Positions 9,410 through 19,932 of a stretch of 64,000 nt of DNA are shown here, in pieces (positions within the stretch are counted from its first letter, which is position 1; the number at the start of each line of letters is the position of its first letter). A program made the translations under genes and the position numbers. The notes beneath the pieces are model-generated. The model was not told the DNA's origin, did no database searches, and was given only the letters and a program-made list of their open reading frames with translations. The stretch is taken from the NCBI GenBank assembly GCA_947626605.1, contig CANQSV010000002.1, positions 7,620-71,619 on the forward strand. The letters are read 5' to 3'. The DNA comes from an uncultured Clostridia bacterium (GTDB lineage Bacteria > Bacillota > Clostridia > TANB77 > CAG-508).

Positions 9410-12400
9410 TTATCTTTTTATTTCTTCCATTACAAATACTTCTAGTGTATCTTCTTCGATTAAATCGTTAAAGTTTTCTATTTGAACACCACATTCGTAA
9501 CCAGCTGCAACTTCTTTAACATCATCTTTGAAACGTTTTAGCGATGCAAGTTTTCCTTCATGTATAACAACATTATCTCTAATTACTCTTACACCAGCAT
9601 TTCTTGACACTTTTCCATCTGTTACATAGCATCCTGCTATTGTACCAACTCCTGATACTTTGAATGTTTGTCTTATTTGTGCTGTTCCAACAATTTTTTC
9701 TTCGTAAGTTGGGTCTAGCATTCCTTTCATAGCAGATTCAACATCTTCTATAGCTTGATATATAATTGAATATTGTTTTATTTCTACTTCATCTTTAATA
9801 GCCATTTCTTTAGCTATTGGCTCTGGTCTAACATTAAATGCAATTATAATAGCATTTGAAACTTTTGCAAGTGTAACATCTGATTCTGTAACACCGCCTA
9901 CGTTTGCATGTATTACTTTTACACTTACTTCTTCATTAGATAATTTTTCAAGTGATTGCTTTACAGCCTCTACAGAACCTTGAACATCTGCCTTTACAAT
10001 TAAGTTTAATTGTTTTAAATTTCCTTTTTCTATTTGTGAGAATAAATCATTTAAAGTTACTTTACTTGTTGCATTTATTGATTTTTCTCTTGCCTGTCTT
10101 TTTCTTCTTTCTATTAAGTGTTTAGCTGTTTTTTCATCTTTTACTTCATAGAAAGTATCTCCTGCTTCAGGTACTTCTGTTAAACCAATAATTTCAACTG
10201 GTGTTGATGGTCCTGCTTTTTTAACTTTTTTACCCTTATCATTTCTCATTGCTCTTATTCTACCAATAACTGAGCCAACTACTATTGTATCTCCTTCATC
10301 TAAAGTTCCACGTTGTACCAACATTGTTGCTACTGGTCCTCTTTGCTTATCAAGCCTTGCTTCGATAACTACACCTTTTGATTGTTTATTTGGGTTAGCT
10401 TTTAATTCTTTCATATCTGCTACTAAAAGAACCATTTCAAGTAGTGTATCTATATTTGTTTTTTGTTTTGCAGAAATATTAACAAATATTGTATCTCCGC
10501 CCCATTCTTCTGGAACTAAATCATATTTCGTAAGTTCTTGTTTTACTTTTTCTGGGTTAGCACCCTCTACATCTATTTTATTTATAGCAACAATAATTGG
10601 AATATCTGCTGCTTTAGCATGATTTATAGCTTCAACTGTTTGAGGCATAACTCCATCATTTGCAGCAACTACTAATATTGCTATATCTGTTACTTGTGCT
10701 CCTCTAGCTCTCATACTTGTGAAAGCTTCATGTCCCGGAGTATCTAAGAAAGTAATTTCTCTTCCATTAATTTCTACCTTATAAGCACCAATATGTTGTG
10801 TAATTCCTCCAGCTTCGCCTTCTATTACGTTTGTTGATCTAACAGCATCTAATAGAGATGTTTTTCCATGGTCAACGTGTCCCATAACTACTATTACTGG
10901 TGGTCTTGGTATTAAGTCTTCTGGTTTATCTTCAGTATCATCAAACAATATATCTTCCTCTGTTACAACTTCCTTTTTAATAGCTGTAATTCCGAATTCT
11001 TGTGCAATTAAAAATGCTGTATCAAAATCTATTTCATTATTTATTGTAGCTAATATTCCATAACCTAATAATTTCTTTATAACTTCACTACTTGTTATTT
11101 TCATTTCTGTAGCTAAATCTTTAACTGTTATTGTTTCTGGAATTGTTACTTCTGTTAGTTTAAATATTTTTTGCTTTGTACGTTCTTCTTCATTACGCAC
11201 ATTTTTTCTTTTGCTTTTTCTACCCCTTGTAGTTGTTAAATCATAATAGTCTAACATTCCACCTTCTTGATCATCAAACATGTTTGAAAGTTTATCAACT
11301 TGTTTTAGACTCTTTAATTTATCTTCATTTATATCAAAGTGTCCTTTTTTAGATTTTGCAGATTTTTTATTCTTAGTATTATTATCATCAAATTTAGAAT
11401 TGTTTTTTTGCTTATCATAAGCATTTTTATTGTTATATTCTCTAACGCTCTCTTTTTCAACAACATCTGATGCCATAATATTCTTAATGTTCTTCTCTAT
11501 TCCTTTTTCATCAAGAGGTCGATTTCCACCTCTTCTAAAATCTCCATTATCATTAAAATTTTTATTTTTATAATTGTTATCTCTATTATTGAATTTGTTT
11601 TCACCATTTCCAAAATTCTTATAATTATTATTTCTTTGACCATTTTGATTGTTAAATCTATTGTTTTCTCCATGATTATTGTAATTAGGTCTGCTATTAT
11701 TATATCCTTTATTATTTCTATTAAAATTATTAGAATTCTGGGTATTTTTATACTGGTTATTATTTCTATAATCAGTATTTCCACTGTTAAAATTGTTTCT
11801 TGTTTCTTCTTTTAAATTATTTTTTAGATTATTTACATTTTGTTGTTTTGTTATGGTTTCCATAATAGGTTTTTCTTCATCCACCTTTTCAATTATTTTT
11901 TCTTTTTCAACTTTAACAGTTTCTTTTATCTCCTGTTTTTCTTTTACATTCTCGACTTTTTCCTCTTTTTTAGGCAACTCTTTACTTTCAACCTTTTTTT
12001 CTTCCTTCTTTTCAGGTTTTGCAAGTCCAAATAATTCACTAACTGTCATTGGTTTTGAAGGTTTATTTCTATATACTATATTAAAATCTTTATTTCTATC
12101 TCTTTCTATAAAACCTATATCTTTTTTGTTTTTTTCCATTTTCTTCATATTTTCTTCGTTTTCTTTTTTCTCTAGTTCTTCATCTGATATGATTACTTCT
12201 CTTCTAATAATTACTGGAGTTTCGCTCTTTTTATTATTTCTTGTTTCTGCTTCACTCTTCTTATCTTTTGATTTTTTTTGTTCTTTTGCGTCTGAACCAA
12301 ATTTTTCAGTTATCTTTTCTGCTTCGGTATCTGCTACAGAACTTAAATGATTTTTTATTATAATTCCTAGTTCTTGAGCTTTTGATATAATTTCTTTACT

Positions 12401-12466
12401 TGTTACACCTATCTTCTTTGCTAATTCATGTACTTTTATTTTACCCAATAATGTCACCCCCATCAA
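9410..12466 (-). CDS. infB: translation initiation factor IF-2 with a long K/E- and Asn-rich N-terminal region
   Basis: 1018 aa. G-domain motifs [14 protein letters not shown] and NKID. The true start is probably internal: ATG 12463, or TTG 12448 preceded by GGGGGTGA. Confidence 0.95.
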   Translation of the reverse strand: MMGVTLLGKIKVHELAKKIGVTSKEIISKAQELGIIIKNHLSSVADTEAEKITEKFGSDAKEQKKSKDKKSEAETRNNKKSETPVIIRREVIISDEELEKKENEENMKKMEKNKKDIGFIERDRNKDFNIVYRNKPSKPMTVSELFGLAKPEKKEEKKVESKELPKKEEKVENVKEKQEIKETVKVEKEKIIEKVDEEKPIMETITKQQNVNNLKNNLKEETRNNFNSGNTDYRNNNQYKNTQNSNNFNRNNKGYNNSRPNYNNHGENNRFNNQNGQRNNNYKNFGNGENKFNNRDNNYKNKNFNDNGDFRRGGNRPLDEKGIEKNIKNIMASDVVEKESVREYNNKNAYDKQKNNSKFDDNNTKNKKSAKSKKGHFDINEDKLKSLKQVDKLSNMFDDQEGGMLDYYDLTTTRGRKSKRKNVRNEEERTKQKIFKLTEVTIPETITVKDLATEMKITSSEVIKKLLGYGILATINNEIDFDTAFLIAQEFGITAIKKEVVTEEDILFDDTEDKPEDLIPRPPVIVVMGHVDHGKTSLLDAVRSTNVIEGEAGGITQHIGAYKVEINGREITFLDTPGHEAFTSMRARGAQVTDIAILVVAANDGVMPQTVEAINHAKAADIPIIVAINKIDVEGANPEKVKQELTKYDLVPEEWGGDTIFVNISAKQKTNIDTLLEMVLLVADMKELKANPNKQSKGVVIEARLDKQRGPVATMLVQRGTLDEGDTIVVGSVIGRIRAMRNDKGKKVKKAGPSTPVEIIGLTEVPEAGDTFYEVKDEKTAKHLIERRKRQAREKSINATSKVTLNDLFSQIEKGNLKQLNLIVKADVQGSVEAVKQSLEKLSNEEVSVKVIHANVGGVTESDVTLAKVSNAIIIAFNVRPEPIAKEMAIKDEVEIKQYSIIYQAIEDVESAMKGMLDPTYEEKIVGTAQIRQTFKVSGVGTIAGCYVTDGKVSRNAGVRVIRDNVVIHEGKLASLKRFKDDVKEVAAGYECGVQIENFNDLIEEDTLEVFVMEEIKR

Positions 12467-12776
12467 TAATTTTGCTTATTTCCTTTGCTAAGCTCTCGTT
12501 TTTTATTCCTATTATAGCTTTATTGTTTTTACCTATAGCTTTACTTAATTTTTCAATTGTTCCAAATATTTTTATAGGAACACTATTTTTATCACATACA
12601 AAATTTATATTTTTTTTTGTTTTTTCAGATGCATCAGAAGCCACTATAATTAGTTTTACCTGCTTATTCTCAATTTTTTCTATACAAGCATCTGTACCAA
12701 AGACAATATTTCCAGACTTTGTAGTTAATCCTAAAAGTCCATATACTTTTTCTTTATTATTTATCACTAATTGCAC
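12441..12776 (-). CDS. ylxQ: L7Ae-family RNA-binding protein YlxQ
   Basis: 111 aa in the conserved position between ylxR and infB. Carries the L7Ae-like block [12 protein letters not shown]...LIIVASDAS. Confidence 0.8.
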   Translation of the reverse strand: MQLVINNKEKVYGLLGLTTKSGNIVFGTDACIEKIENKQVKLIIVASDASEKTKKNINFVCDKNSVPIKIFGTIEKLSKAIGKNNKAIIGIKNESLAKEISKIIDGGDIIG

Positions 12777-13026
12777 CTCTTAAATTTTCATAGATTTTCT
12801 CATCTATTGCTGTTTCAAAAATTCGCTCTAGTTTTTTTGTTTTTATTGCTTTTTCCAAGCATTTTATATCATCACAGATGTATGCTCCTCTACCATTCAT
12901 TTTGCCTGTTTTATCTATATTTATCTCATTTTCTTTGTTTTTAACTATACGAATAAGTTCATTTTTATTTTTTACTGTATTACATCCAATGCAGGTTCTC
13001 TGTGGTATATGTTTCAAGGAAATCAC
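12757..13026 (-). CDS. ylxR: YlxR/DUF448 family RNA-binding protein
   Basis: 89 aa with RTCIGC...ELIRIV...GRGAYIC motifs, immediately downstream of nusA. Confidence 0.8.
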   Translation of the reverse strand: MISLKHIPQRTCIGCNTVKNKNELIRIVKNKENEINIDKTGKMNGRGAYICDDIKCLEKAIKTKKLERIFETAIDEKIYENLRGAISDK

Positions 13027-13057
13027 TCCCTTATTTTTTATTATAAGATTTTACAAA

Positions 13058-14182
13058 TTACTCTTTCATAGTTTCTTCGTTTTCATCATTTTCATCACTA
13101 TCACTAACATCTTGTTGCATAGCTTTAATCATTTCTCTAAATTGCGATTCTGATTTTATATCAATTTTCCAATTTGTAAGTTTTGCTGCTAATCTAGCAT
13201 TTTGTCCTGATTTTCCAATTGCTAAAGATAATTGATCATCTGGAACTATTACTTGTGCAAATTTTTCTTCTTCTTTTATATCAACTGCCATTACTTGTGC
13301 TGGAAGCAAAGCTGCTGAAATAAATATTGCTGGATCTTCATTCCATTCTATAACATCTATTTTTTCTCCATTTAATTCATTGATTATGTTTTGAATTCTT
13401 ACACCTTTTTGTCCTACGCATGAACCTACAGGATCTATGTTTTCATTTCCAGAATATACAGCAACTTTTGATCTGTAACCTGGATCACGAGATACACTTT
13501 TGATTTCTATTAATCCTTCATAAATTTCTGGTATTTCAAATTCGAATAATTTTCTTACAAAATCTCCTGCTGTTCTTGATACGATAACTTGTGGATTACC
13601 TTTTATACCTCTAACAACGTCTAAAACATATCCTTTAATTTTTTGATTAACCTTATATGTTTCAGTTGGTATTTGCTCTTTAGCTGGCATAACACCTTCT
13701 AATTTTCCTAAATCCATAATAACTACTCCTGAATCAGCTTTTTGGATAATTCCTGAAACAATTTCTCCTTTTCTATCATTAAACTCTGTAAATACGATAT
13801 TTCTCTCTGCTTCTCTCAATTTTTGAATTATAACTTGTTTTGCTGTTTGAGCTGCTATTCTTCCGAAATCTTTCGGAACTACTTCAATATCGACATTATC
13901 ACCTAATTCAAAGTTTTTATTGATTTTTTTAGCATCACTAAGACTAATTTCTTGATCTGTATCTCTTGCAACATCAACAACTTCTTTTATAGCAAAAACA
14001 TGTGCTTCCCCTGTTTGTTTATCCATTATAACTTTTACATTTTCGATAGCATCAAAGTTTCTTTTATATGCTGTAACTAATGCCGTTTCAATTGCATCTA
14101 TTAGATATGCTTTTTCAATTCCTTTCTCCTTTTCTAGTTCATCCAATGCTGCTATTAGTTCTGCATTGTCTATAGCCTTCAT
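13058..14182 (-). CDS. nusA: transcription termination/antitermination factor NusA
   Basis: 374 aa. N-terminal domain, S1 region and two KH regions (GxxG: GKSGQN), with AGGAGG upstream of the ATG. Confidence 0.95.
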   Translation of the reverse strand: MKAIDNAELIAALDELEKEKGIEKAYLIDAIETALVTAYKRNFDAIENVKVIMDKQTGEAHVFAIKEVVDVARDTDQEISLSDAKKINKNFELGDNVDIEVVPKDFGRIAAQTAKQVIIQKLREAERNIVFTEFNDRKGEIVSGIIQKADSGVVIMDLGKLEGVMPAKEQIPTETYKVNQKIKGYVLDVVRGIKGNPQVIVSRTAGDFVRKLFEFEIPEIYEGLIEIKSVSRDPGYRSKVAVYSGNENIDPVGSCVGQKGVRIQNIINELNGEKIDVIEWNEDPAIFISAALLPAQVMAVDIKEEEKFAQVIVPDDQLSLAIGKSGQNARLAAKLTNWKIDIKSESQFREMIKAMQQDVSDSDENDENEETMKE

Positions 14183-14221
14183 CTTTCTATTCCTCCTTAT
14201 ATTTATATATTATATTGTATT

Positions 14222-14683
14222 CTACTCCCAATGATATATCGTTTTTATTAAAGATATATCTTTTCTTTGTATAACTTCAGTAGTGTTTTCATTTGTTATT
14301 ATTGTTACTTCTTCTTCATTAAAATCTTTTAATATTCCTAAAATAACTTTCTTTTTATTTATTGGTTTGAAAAGCTTTACTTCAACTTCTACTCCAATAT
14401 TTTCTTTGAAATGCTTATCTTTTCTTAAAACTTTTTCTATTCCTGTAGATGATACTTCCAAAAAATATTGTTCTTTTAAGTAATCTTGCGTATCTAATAA
14501 ACCCGTAATTTCATTATTTACTTTTTCACAATCATCTAAAGATATTCCATCTTCTTTATTTATGAATACTCTTAAAAAATAATCCTTGCCTTCTTTTACA
14601 TATTCAACATCATAAAGTTCATAGCCAAGATTATTTATAGGATTTTCTATTAGTTTCTCTACTCTTTCTTCTATCTTTGCCAA
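14222..14683 (-). CDS. rimP: ribosome maturation factor RimP
   Basis: The ORF track extends to 14704. However, AGGAGG lies inside that extension, 6 nt before TTG 14683, and the resulting protein MAKIEERVEKLI...GYELYDVEY aligns with RimP N-termini. Confidence 0.85.
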   Translation of the reverse strand: MAKIEERVEKLIENPINNLGYELYDVEYVKEGKDYFLRVFINKEDGISLDDCEKVNNEITGLLDTQDYLKEQYFLEVSSTGIEKVLRKDKHFKENIGVEVEVKLFKPINKKKVILGILKDFNEEEVTIITNENTTEVIQRKDISLIKTIYHWE

Positions 14684-14826
14684 AATCTTCCTCCTAAATT
14701 CCAAAGATAAAGAGTGGAATTTGTTTCCACTCTTCTAATTAATTATTATGCTGAAAATATTATATACTAAAACCTTAGATATTGCAATGTTTTTTTCGTA
14801 TTTTTTAATATTTTTTTATACCAAAT

Positions 14827-15108
14827 TTAGCCTTTTTTCGCATTTAAAACTATTTCTAGTCTTATTTCTTCTAATTTATCATCTATAAATTGTATTACTT
14901 CTCTATTGTTTATTGGTAACAATTCAAACTTTTCCCCAAATTTTACATATCTATTTCTGTAAACATTAATGTCTCCATCATCATTTAATGAATAATCTGT
15001 ATAAACTACATAGTCTTCATTTTTTTCTTCTTCTTTAAACATAAATAAGATGTTATATTCTTTTTCTTTTCCTGCTTCATTTTTTACATTTAATATTCCA
15101 TTTTCCAT
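14827..15108 (-). CDS. DUF1292-like small acidic protein
   Basis: 93 aa. The pattern E-x-EY-x-ILF...DYVVY...ELLPI resembles the DUF1292 family. The assignment is by motif only. Confidence 0.55.
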   Translation of the reverse strand: MENGILNVKNEAGKEKEYNILFMFKEEEKNEDYVVYTDYSLNDDGDINVYRNRYVKFGEKFELLPINNREVIQFIDDKLEEIRLEIVLNAKKG

Positions 15109-15135
15109 ATTACAATATCCTTTCTTATGTATTAA

Positions 15136-16077
15136 TTATCTTCCATCATTATCATTCTCAGAAGGTTTATCTGGATAATAAACAGCTGCTGTTGTATTAT
15201 CTTTACCTCCATTTATAATAGAATTATACCAACATTCTCTTCTCAGTGCTCTTGGTAATTCAGAGTTTGTATGTAAAGCCTCTCCAACTAGTCTTTCCGC
15301 TAGATATTTTCTATCTGTACTTCTTGTTACTGCCAATATTTTCTCGTCTGATAAACAATCTGTAACTCCATCAGAAAATAATAGTAAAGCATCATAATCA
15401 TCATTTTTTAAGATTGTAAAAGTTGGCATAGCTGGTTCTTCATTTCCTCCTATACATCTAGTAATTCCTGAATTCTGCTTATGAAATCTTGCATATTGTC
15501 TAGGTATTTGATTATTTTCAACCAAATTTCCAATAAGTGTATGATCTTTTGATATTTGATGCAATTCATTGTCCTTATATATATATGCTCTAGAATCTCC
15601 AACATTTACAACTAAAGTTTGTTTTTTTAAAACAACAGCACATACAATTGTTGAACCTGGTCTATCAAGCTCTTCAAGGTTACTGTATTTCTCATTAATA
15701 TCTTCATTAACTTCATTTAAAGTCTGTTCTATTGACTCCATTAGCTCATTTGTACTCATATATTTTTTCATTTTTAAATTTTCAAACCATTCTTTCATTG
15801 CTGTAATAACCAAATAGCTAGCTTCTTCTCCTGCTTCATTTCCACCAACACCATCTGCAACAACCATCATTTTTATATCAGAATCTTTTGGGTGAGTACA
15901 TAATAAAACACTGTCTTCTTGATTTTGTCTTTTCATACCTATACTTGAGCTAGCATACAAACCTCCTGGAAGTTCAATATCCCCTTGAGGTCGCTGTACT
16001 AGTTTATGACCACTTAAGATTGCTTCTCTTGCTTTCTTTATATTTCTTTCAAATAATCTAAAATTTCCAATTCTCAT
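15136..16077 (-). CDS. PP2C-family Ser/Thr protein phosphatase with a roughly 45-aa N-terminal extension
   Basis: 313 aa. PP2C motifs RQNQEDS, VVADGVGG, LLFSDGV and GGKDNTT. No kinase gene is adjacent. Confidence 0.85.
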   Translation of the reverse strand: MRIGNFRLFERNIKKAREAILSGHKLVQRPQGDIELPGGLYASSSIGMKRQNQEDSVLLCTHPKDSDIKMMVVADGVGGNEAGEEASYLVITAMKEWFENLKMKKYMSTNELMESIEQTLNEVNEDINEKYSNLEELDRPGSTIVCAVVLKKQTLVVNVGDSRAYIYKDNELHQISKDHTLIGNLVENNQIPRQYARFHKQNSGITRCIGGNEEPAMPTFTILKNDDYDALLLFSDGVTDCLSDEKILAVTRSTDRKYLAERLVGEALHTNSELPRALRRECWYNSIINGGKDNTTAAVYYPDKPSENDNDGR

Positions 16078-16285
16078 AAATTACTCCATTTAATTAAATT
16101 TCACTTATTTCCATCAATGCTGTATATATTACAATTATAGCAAAACCTTTTTAGCTATACAAGAAAAAGTTATACATTTCTATATAACTTTTTCCAATAT
16201 ATAAATCTTTATTATTATCTTCCATCAGATCCTGGATTTTCATCTCCATTTGGATTTTCTCCCAAACTTACATATTGCAACTGCT

Positions 16286-16798
16286 CTAATCTTGTTTCAA
16301 TAGCTGGTTTGAAAACTCCACATTTCGAATATATGTTAGATAATAAAGAAGGATACGCAAAATATCAATATCGCTTGCTGTTTCTAATTCGAGAACATAG
16401 TTAATAAGAAAAGTAAGTATTCTATCTGTTGATAGTTTTTTTGCTAGTTCTTCAACTTTTTTGTTTACTTTGCTACCTCTTGATACTGTCTCTAGTTTTA
16501 TCATAATTTCTAATGTATCATATCCACTTTTTTCTGCTCTTTCAACTAGATTTAATGCTTCTTCAGAATCTTTGCAATAATAGATATATAAAGGTGCTAA
16601 TTTTTCATTTCCACTTCTTATTCTATTTAATGTTGCTAATTTACTATTTGGATATAAAATTCCCAAACCGTCGTTTGAAAGACTTAAAAATCTAAAAAAT
16701 TCAGGTTCAGTCATACCAGGAATTTTTTGGGCCATAATATCATTATATAATTCATTTTCTGAAAAACTTCTCCTACTTGTTAATTCAAAAGTTGTCAA
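16286..16798 (-). CDS. hypothetical protein with an uncertain start
   Basis: 170-codon ORF that opens at a TTG with no SD. The in-frame ATGs (residues 22 and 29) also lack a good SD, and no family was recognised. Confidence 0.45.
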   Translation of the reverse strand: MTTFELTSRRSFSENELYNDIMAQKIPGMTEPEFFRFLSLSNDGLGILYPNSKLATLNRIRSGNEKLAPLYIYYCKDSEEALNLVERAEKSGYDTLEIMIKLETVSRGSKVNKKVEELAKKLSTDRILTFLINYVLELETASDIDILRILLYYLTYIRNVEFSNQLLKQD

Positions 16799-16812
16799 AA
16801 GATCTCTTGTTA

Positions 16813-16841
16813 ATTATACCTCATTGTCAGTTTTATGTCAA
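16813..16841 (-). promoter_or_regulatory. consensus sigma-A-type promoter (TTGACA-17-TATAAT) upstream of the 170-codon ORF
   Basis: Reverse strand reads TTGACAtaaaactgacaatgaggTATAAT. The predicted TSS is only about 8 nt before TTG 16798. Confidence 0.5.
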
Positions 16842-16934
16842 TTTCTTTCCTGTTATTTACTTAAATATATAAAAGGTATATTAAATAGGTTTATCTACCT
16901 ATATAATATACCTTTGGATAGTAAAATATTTTTA

Positions 16935-18698
16935 TTATTTTGTTTTAATTAATTCTTCTAATAAATTAATCTCGTTATTTAATGTATCATCTTTAATTTC
17001 TTTTTTTTCGTTTGTTATGTACTCTTTCATTTCTTCAAAAATCTTTTTATATCCAGTGCTTACAGATAGTTTTTCAGATTGTCTTTCATGAATACCTAAT
17101 TTTATTAATCGAGCTTCCCAACCATCTTCTGGCTCTGCTACTATTCCACATTTCTCATCGCATATATAATTTATGTTTCCTGTTCTTTCATACATAATCC
17201 AATCTTTTAATACATTTACATATCTTGTTAAAACAATTGCTTTTCTTATTCCATCATTATCATAAAAATCATTTTCTTGATTTTTAAACTCTACTTCTTT
17301 ATCATTATTATATTGTTTTCCATTTCTATCTTTATATGAAACTTCTAGTTTTATTTTTCCATTTTCGCCATCTGTTTTTTTCTTTAATTTTAATAATATT
17401 ATTCCACCTTTAACCTCTCCATCTGAATTAGTTTTTGATGGGAATAAAGTATTTACATTCATAATATTTCCTGTTGCTATATTAACAGTATCTGAACCAT
17501 AAACAGCTTCAATTTCATAATCATTTGAATCAAAGTTAAAATCCAAATCAAATACAAGTGGTGTTACCATATATTCAAATTGTTCTCCCATTCTTGATTT
17601 AAAATCTTTTGCACTATTTACAGAATAATAATTTGCACCTTTTACATTACTTATTGTTTCTATTAACTGAGAATTAAAGTCAACACCAACACCTATAAAA
17701 CTTGTATATATACCTTTGTCGGCATTTTTCTTAACCATTGACATTAAGCTTTCATCAGATGTTTCTCCTGTATTTGGCATAGCATCTGTAATTACAATTA
17801 TTCTATTTTCATATTCATCAGTATTAACATTTTCATACTCTGCTAATAATTCGTTTGCAGATTTATATCCAGCTTCAAAATTTGTCCCTCCTGTAGCAGA
17901 TATCTCCAATACATGTTCTTTTATTTTATCAATATCTGTTTCACCTACAAGATTTAATGGTTTAGCAATATGAGAATCACTTTCGAATAAAACTAGTCCA
18001 AATCTATCATCCTCTTTTAATTGATCGATTAATATATTTAGTGATTCATTTGCAATTTGCATTTTTGTTTTATTTTTATCTTCTGAATTATCTTCATTTT
18101 GGATAGGATTATCATAATAATATGAATTAAAGCTAGAACTCATAGAACCTGAAATATCTAATGCAACAACTAAATTTAATTTTTTTCTCTGAAAATCACT
18201 TTCTTTAATATTTGAATTCAATCCTACAGCCATATAATATTCTTTTTGTTTAGACATTGGATCACTTGATACAGCTTGTAAATATGATGGTGAAAATAAT
18301 TCTTCAGATTCTTCTTTATTTCCTGTATTAAAAGAATATTCATAGAATAATCCATTATATGTTATATCTGAAAGTAATGGGAAATATCCATTTTTTATAT
18401 TCTCTCTAAAATTCACTGTATCCTTTGCACCACCAACAGAAAATCCTAAGTTTTTAGATTCTGCACTGAAACTATTGGCTGCTGAATCTAAAGTAACTCC
18501 CATAGAAACTCCACCTTGAAAGTTTCCTATAAAAGAATCAGATTCTCCAAAATTCATGTTTAGTTTCCAATCATCTATTTTACCTACTTGCATATTGTTT
18601 TGAATTATATTTCCATCTTTAAAAACATATACATATGTAATTCCTGCAATTATTGCTACAATTGCTACAATAATTAAAATACTTATTATTTTTTTCAT
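16935..18698 (-). CDS. membrane-anchored von Willebrand factor A protein (YfbK/DUF3520-like)
   Basis: 587 aa. N-terminal TM, a YfbK-like N-module (FSVGGAKDTVNFRENIKNGYFPLLSDITYNGLFYEYSF), the MIDAS motif LDISGSMSS, and a long C-terminal beta-rich region. Confidence 0.8.
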   Translation of the reverse strand: MKKIISILIIVAIVAIIAGITYVYVFKDGNIIQNNMQVGKIDDWKLNMNFGESDSFIGNFQGGVSMGVTLDSAANSFSAESKNLGFSVGGAKDTVNFRENIKNGYFPLLSDITYNGLFYEYSFNTGNKEESEELFSPSYLQAVSSDPMSKQKEYYMAVGLNSNIKESDFQRKKLNLVVALDISGSMSSSFNSYYYDNPIQNEDNSEDKNKTKMQIANESLNILIDQLKEDDRFGLVLFESDSHIAKPLNLVGETDIDKIKEHVLEISATGGTNFEAGYKSANELLAEYENVNTDEYENRIIVITDAMPNTGETSDESLMSMVKKNADKGIYTSFIGVGVDFNSQLIETISNVKGANYYSVNSAKDFKSRMGEQFEYMVTPLVFDLDFNFDSNDYEIEAVYGSDTVNIATGNIMNVNTLFPSKTNSDGEVKGGIILLKLKKKTDGENGKIKLEVSYKDRNGKQYNNDKEVEFKNQENDFYDNDGIRKAIVLTRYVNVLKDWIMYERTGNINYICDEKCGIVAEPEDGWEARLIKLGIHERQSEKLSVSTGYKKIFEEMKEYITNEKKEIKDDTLNNEINLLEELIKTK

Positions 18699-18735
18699 AA
18701 AATCTACCCCTTAAAAACTTATTTAGGAACGTTAC

Positions 18736-19650
18736 CTAATTTTTAGATGCTCTTACCTTTCGTTTTAGTTGGTATTTTTTGAAAAAAATTACAAAAATTA
18801 TAAAAAATATTAATGATACTCCACAAAATCCAAGACCTATATAATTTATATGAGATACATCTTCTGCCTTTGTATCTACTGCTTGTATAGCATTTTGTTT
18901 ATCACTTGGTGAATCTGACAAGCTACTATTTTCTCCTTTACTAGTAGAATCTATAGATATTTGAGAATCAAATTCTGTTTTTGTATTTTCGCTATAATCT
19001 TCACTTTGACTAATATTTTCGTTATCGCTTTTATTTACTTCTTTGTTTTCACTAAAATTAACTTGTTCTTTTCTAAACATAGTAGAAATACCTAAAACAA
19101 ATGTAATTATAAAACCTGCTAAACTTGATAAAGAAATTTTTAGTGAATTAACTGCTTTATAATAATTCCATTTAACAGTTCCTGTTGGCATTTTCAACAT
19201 TTGTCCTATTCTTTTAAAAGTAAACTGAGATAAAACTTTTAAGGAAATTATTTCTTTTTCTGTTTCACTTAATCCTTGTATCATTTTTTTATATGTTTCT
19301 ACATCTATTATTTCATCTATATTATTCTTCTGCTCTGATATATCATATATTTCATCTATATTTAATTCATTTTTAGCTTTTCTCAAATATTGCAGAGTTT
19401 CATTTTTAGATACCTTATATAACCAGCTAGCCTCATAACTTTCCGGTAATTTTTCTTTTGGTAACTGGTATATTTTTGAAAATACTATTTGTGTAACATC
19501 TTCGCTATTTTCTTTATTTTTTAATATTGAAAATACAATTCTGTATACTAAATTATAATAATTTTCATATAAAGATGTAAAACTGCTTTCTTCACCTGAT
19601 TTTATTCCATTAAATATTACGTGTAATTCTTTTTCATCAATTTTACTCAT
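18736..19650 (-). CDS. ECF-type sigma-70 factor fused to two transmembrane segments (membrane-tethered sigma)
   Basis: 304 aa. Region 2 (DVTQIVFSKIY, WLYKVSKNETLQYLRK) and region 4 HTH (FKRIGQMLKMPTGTVKWNYYKAVNSL). These are followed by a TM, an S/N/E-rich spacer, a second TM and a basic tail. Confidence 0.8.
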   Translation of the reverse strand: MSKIDEKELHVIFNGIKSGEESSFTSLYENYYNLVYRIVFSILKNKENSEDVTQIVFSKIYQLPKEKLPESYEASWLYKVSKNETLQYLRKAKNELNIDEIYDISEQKNNIDEIIDVETYKKMIQGLSETEKEIISLKVLSQFTFKRIGQMLKMPTGTVKWNYYKAVNSLKISLSSLAGFIITFVLGISTMFRKEQVNFSENKEVNKSDNENISQSEDYSENTKTEFDSQISIDSTSKGENSSLSDSPSDKQNAIQAVDTKAEDVSHINYIGLGFCGVSLIFFIIFVIFFKKYQLKRKVRASKN

Positions 19651-19679
19651 ACTTCTTCTCCTATTATTATTTAAGTAAA

Positions 19680-19708
19680 ATTATACAATAAATATTTTTA
19701 TTTAACAA
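19680..19708 (-). promoter_or_regulatory. candidate promoter of the sigma/VWA operon (TTGTTA-17-TATAAT)
   Basis: Reverse strand reads TTGTTAaataaaaatatttattgTATAAT, about 30 nt upstream of ATG 19650. Confidence 0.45.
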
Positions 19709-19750
19709 GTTTTTAGCTTTTTAAATTAATGTACTGTTTATTCTTATTTT

Positions 19751-19932
19751 GAAATAACAATATTATATTTTTGAAAAAAGCGCATTGAAAGTGAGTTTTA
19801 TTAGAAATTCTTAACTAAATTTTATGGAAATAGTTCACGCTTGTTCGTGAAAGGGTGCCATAAAATTAGTTTAGAATTTCTTTAAAAATTACTTGAACGA
19901 GCATTTTTGAAAAAATATAATATTGTTATTTC
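19751..19932. repeat. 182-nt whole-length imperfect palindrome (long hairpin/cruciform or MITE-like element)
   Basis: The outer 22 nt, GAAATAACAATATTATATTTTT, are perfectly inverted at 19911-19932. The inner arms are largely complementary with scattered mismatches. The centre carries a GC-richer mini-hairpin, TTCACG-cttgtt-CGTGAA (19834-19851). Confidence 0.85.

Noticed and set aside
16215-16362. A second open frame overlaps the 3' end of the 170-codon ORF and extends about 25 codons past its stop (...ETRLEQLQYVSLGENPNGDENPGSDGR). This hints at a frameshifted or recoded gene.
   Set aside because: There is no start codon, slippery site or homopolymer that I could tie to a shift. A roughly 47-codon open stretch is weak evidence. 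It is worth rechecking only if homologs of the 170-aa protein carry such an acidic tail.
19751-19932. The long palindrome could be a retron msr/msd-like ncRNA or a CRISPR-associated or terminator structure.
   Set aside because: There is no reverse transcriptase, cas gene or repeat-spacer array anywhere in the window. The element lies upstream of both neighbouring promoters and has no U-tract, so a terminator or retron reading is unsupported.
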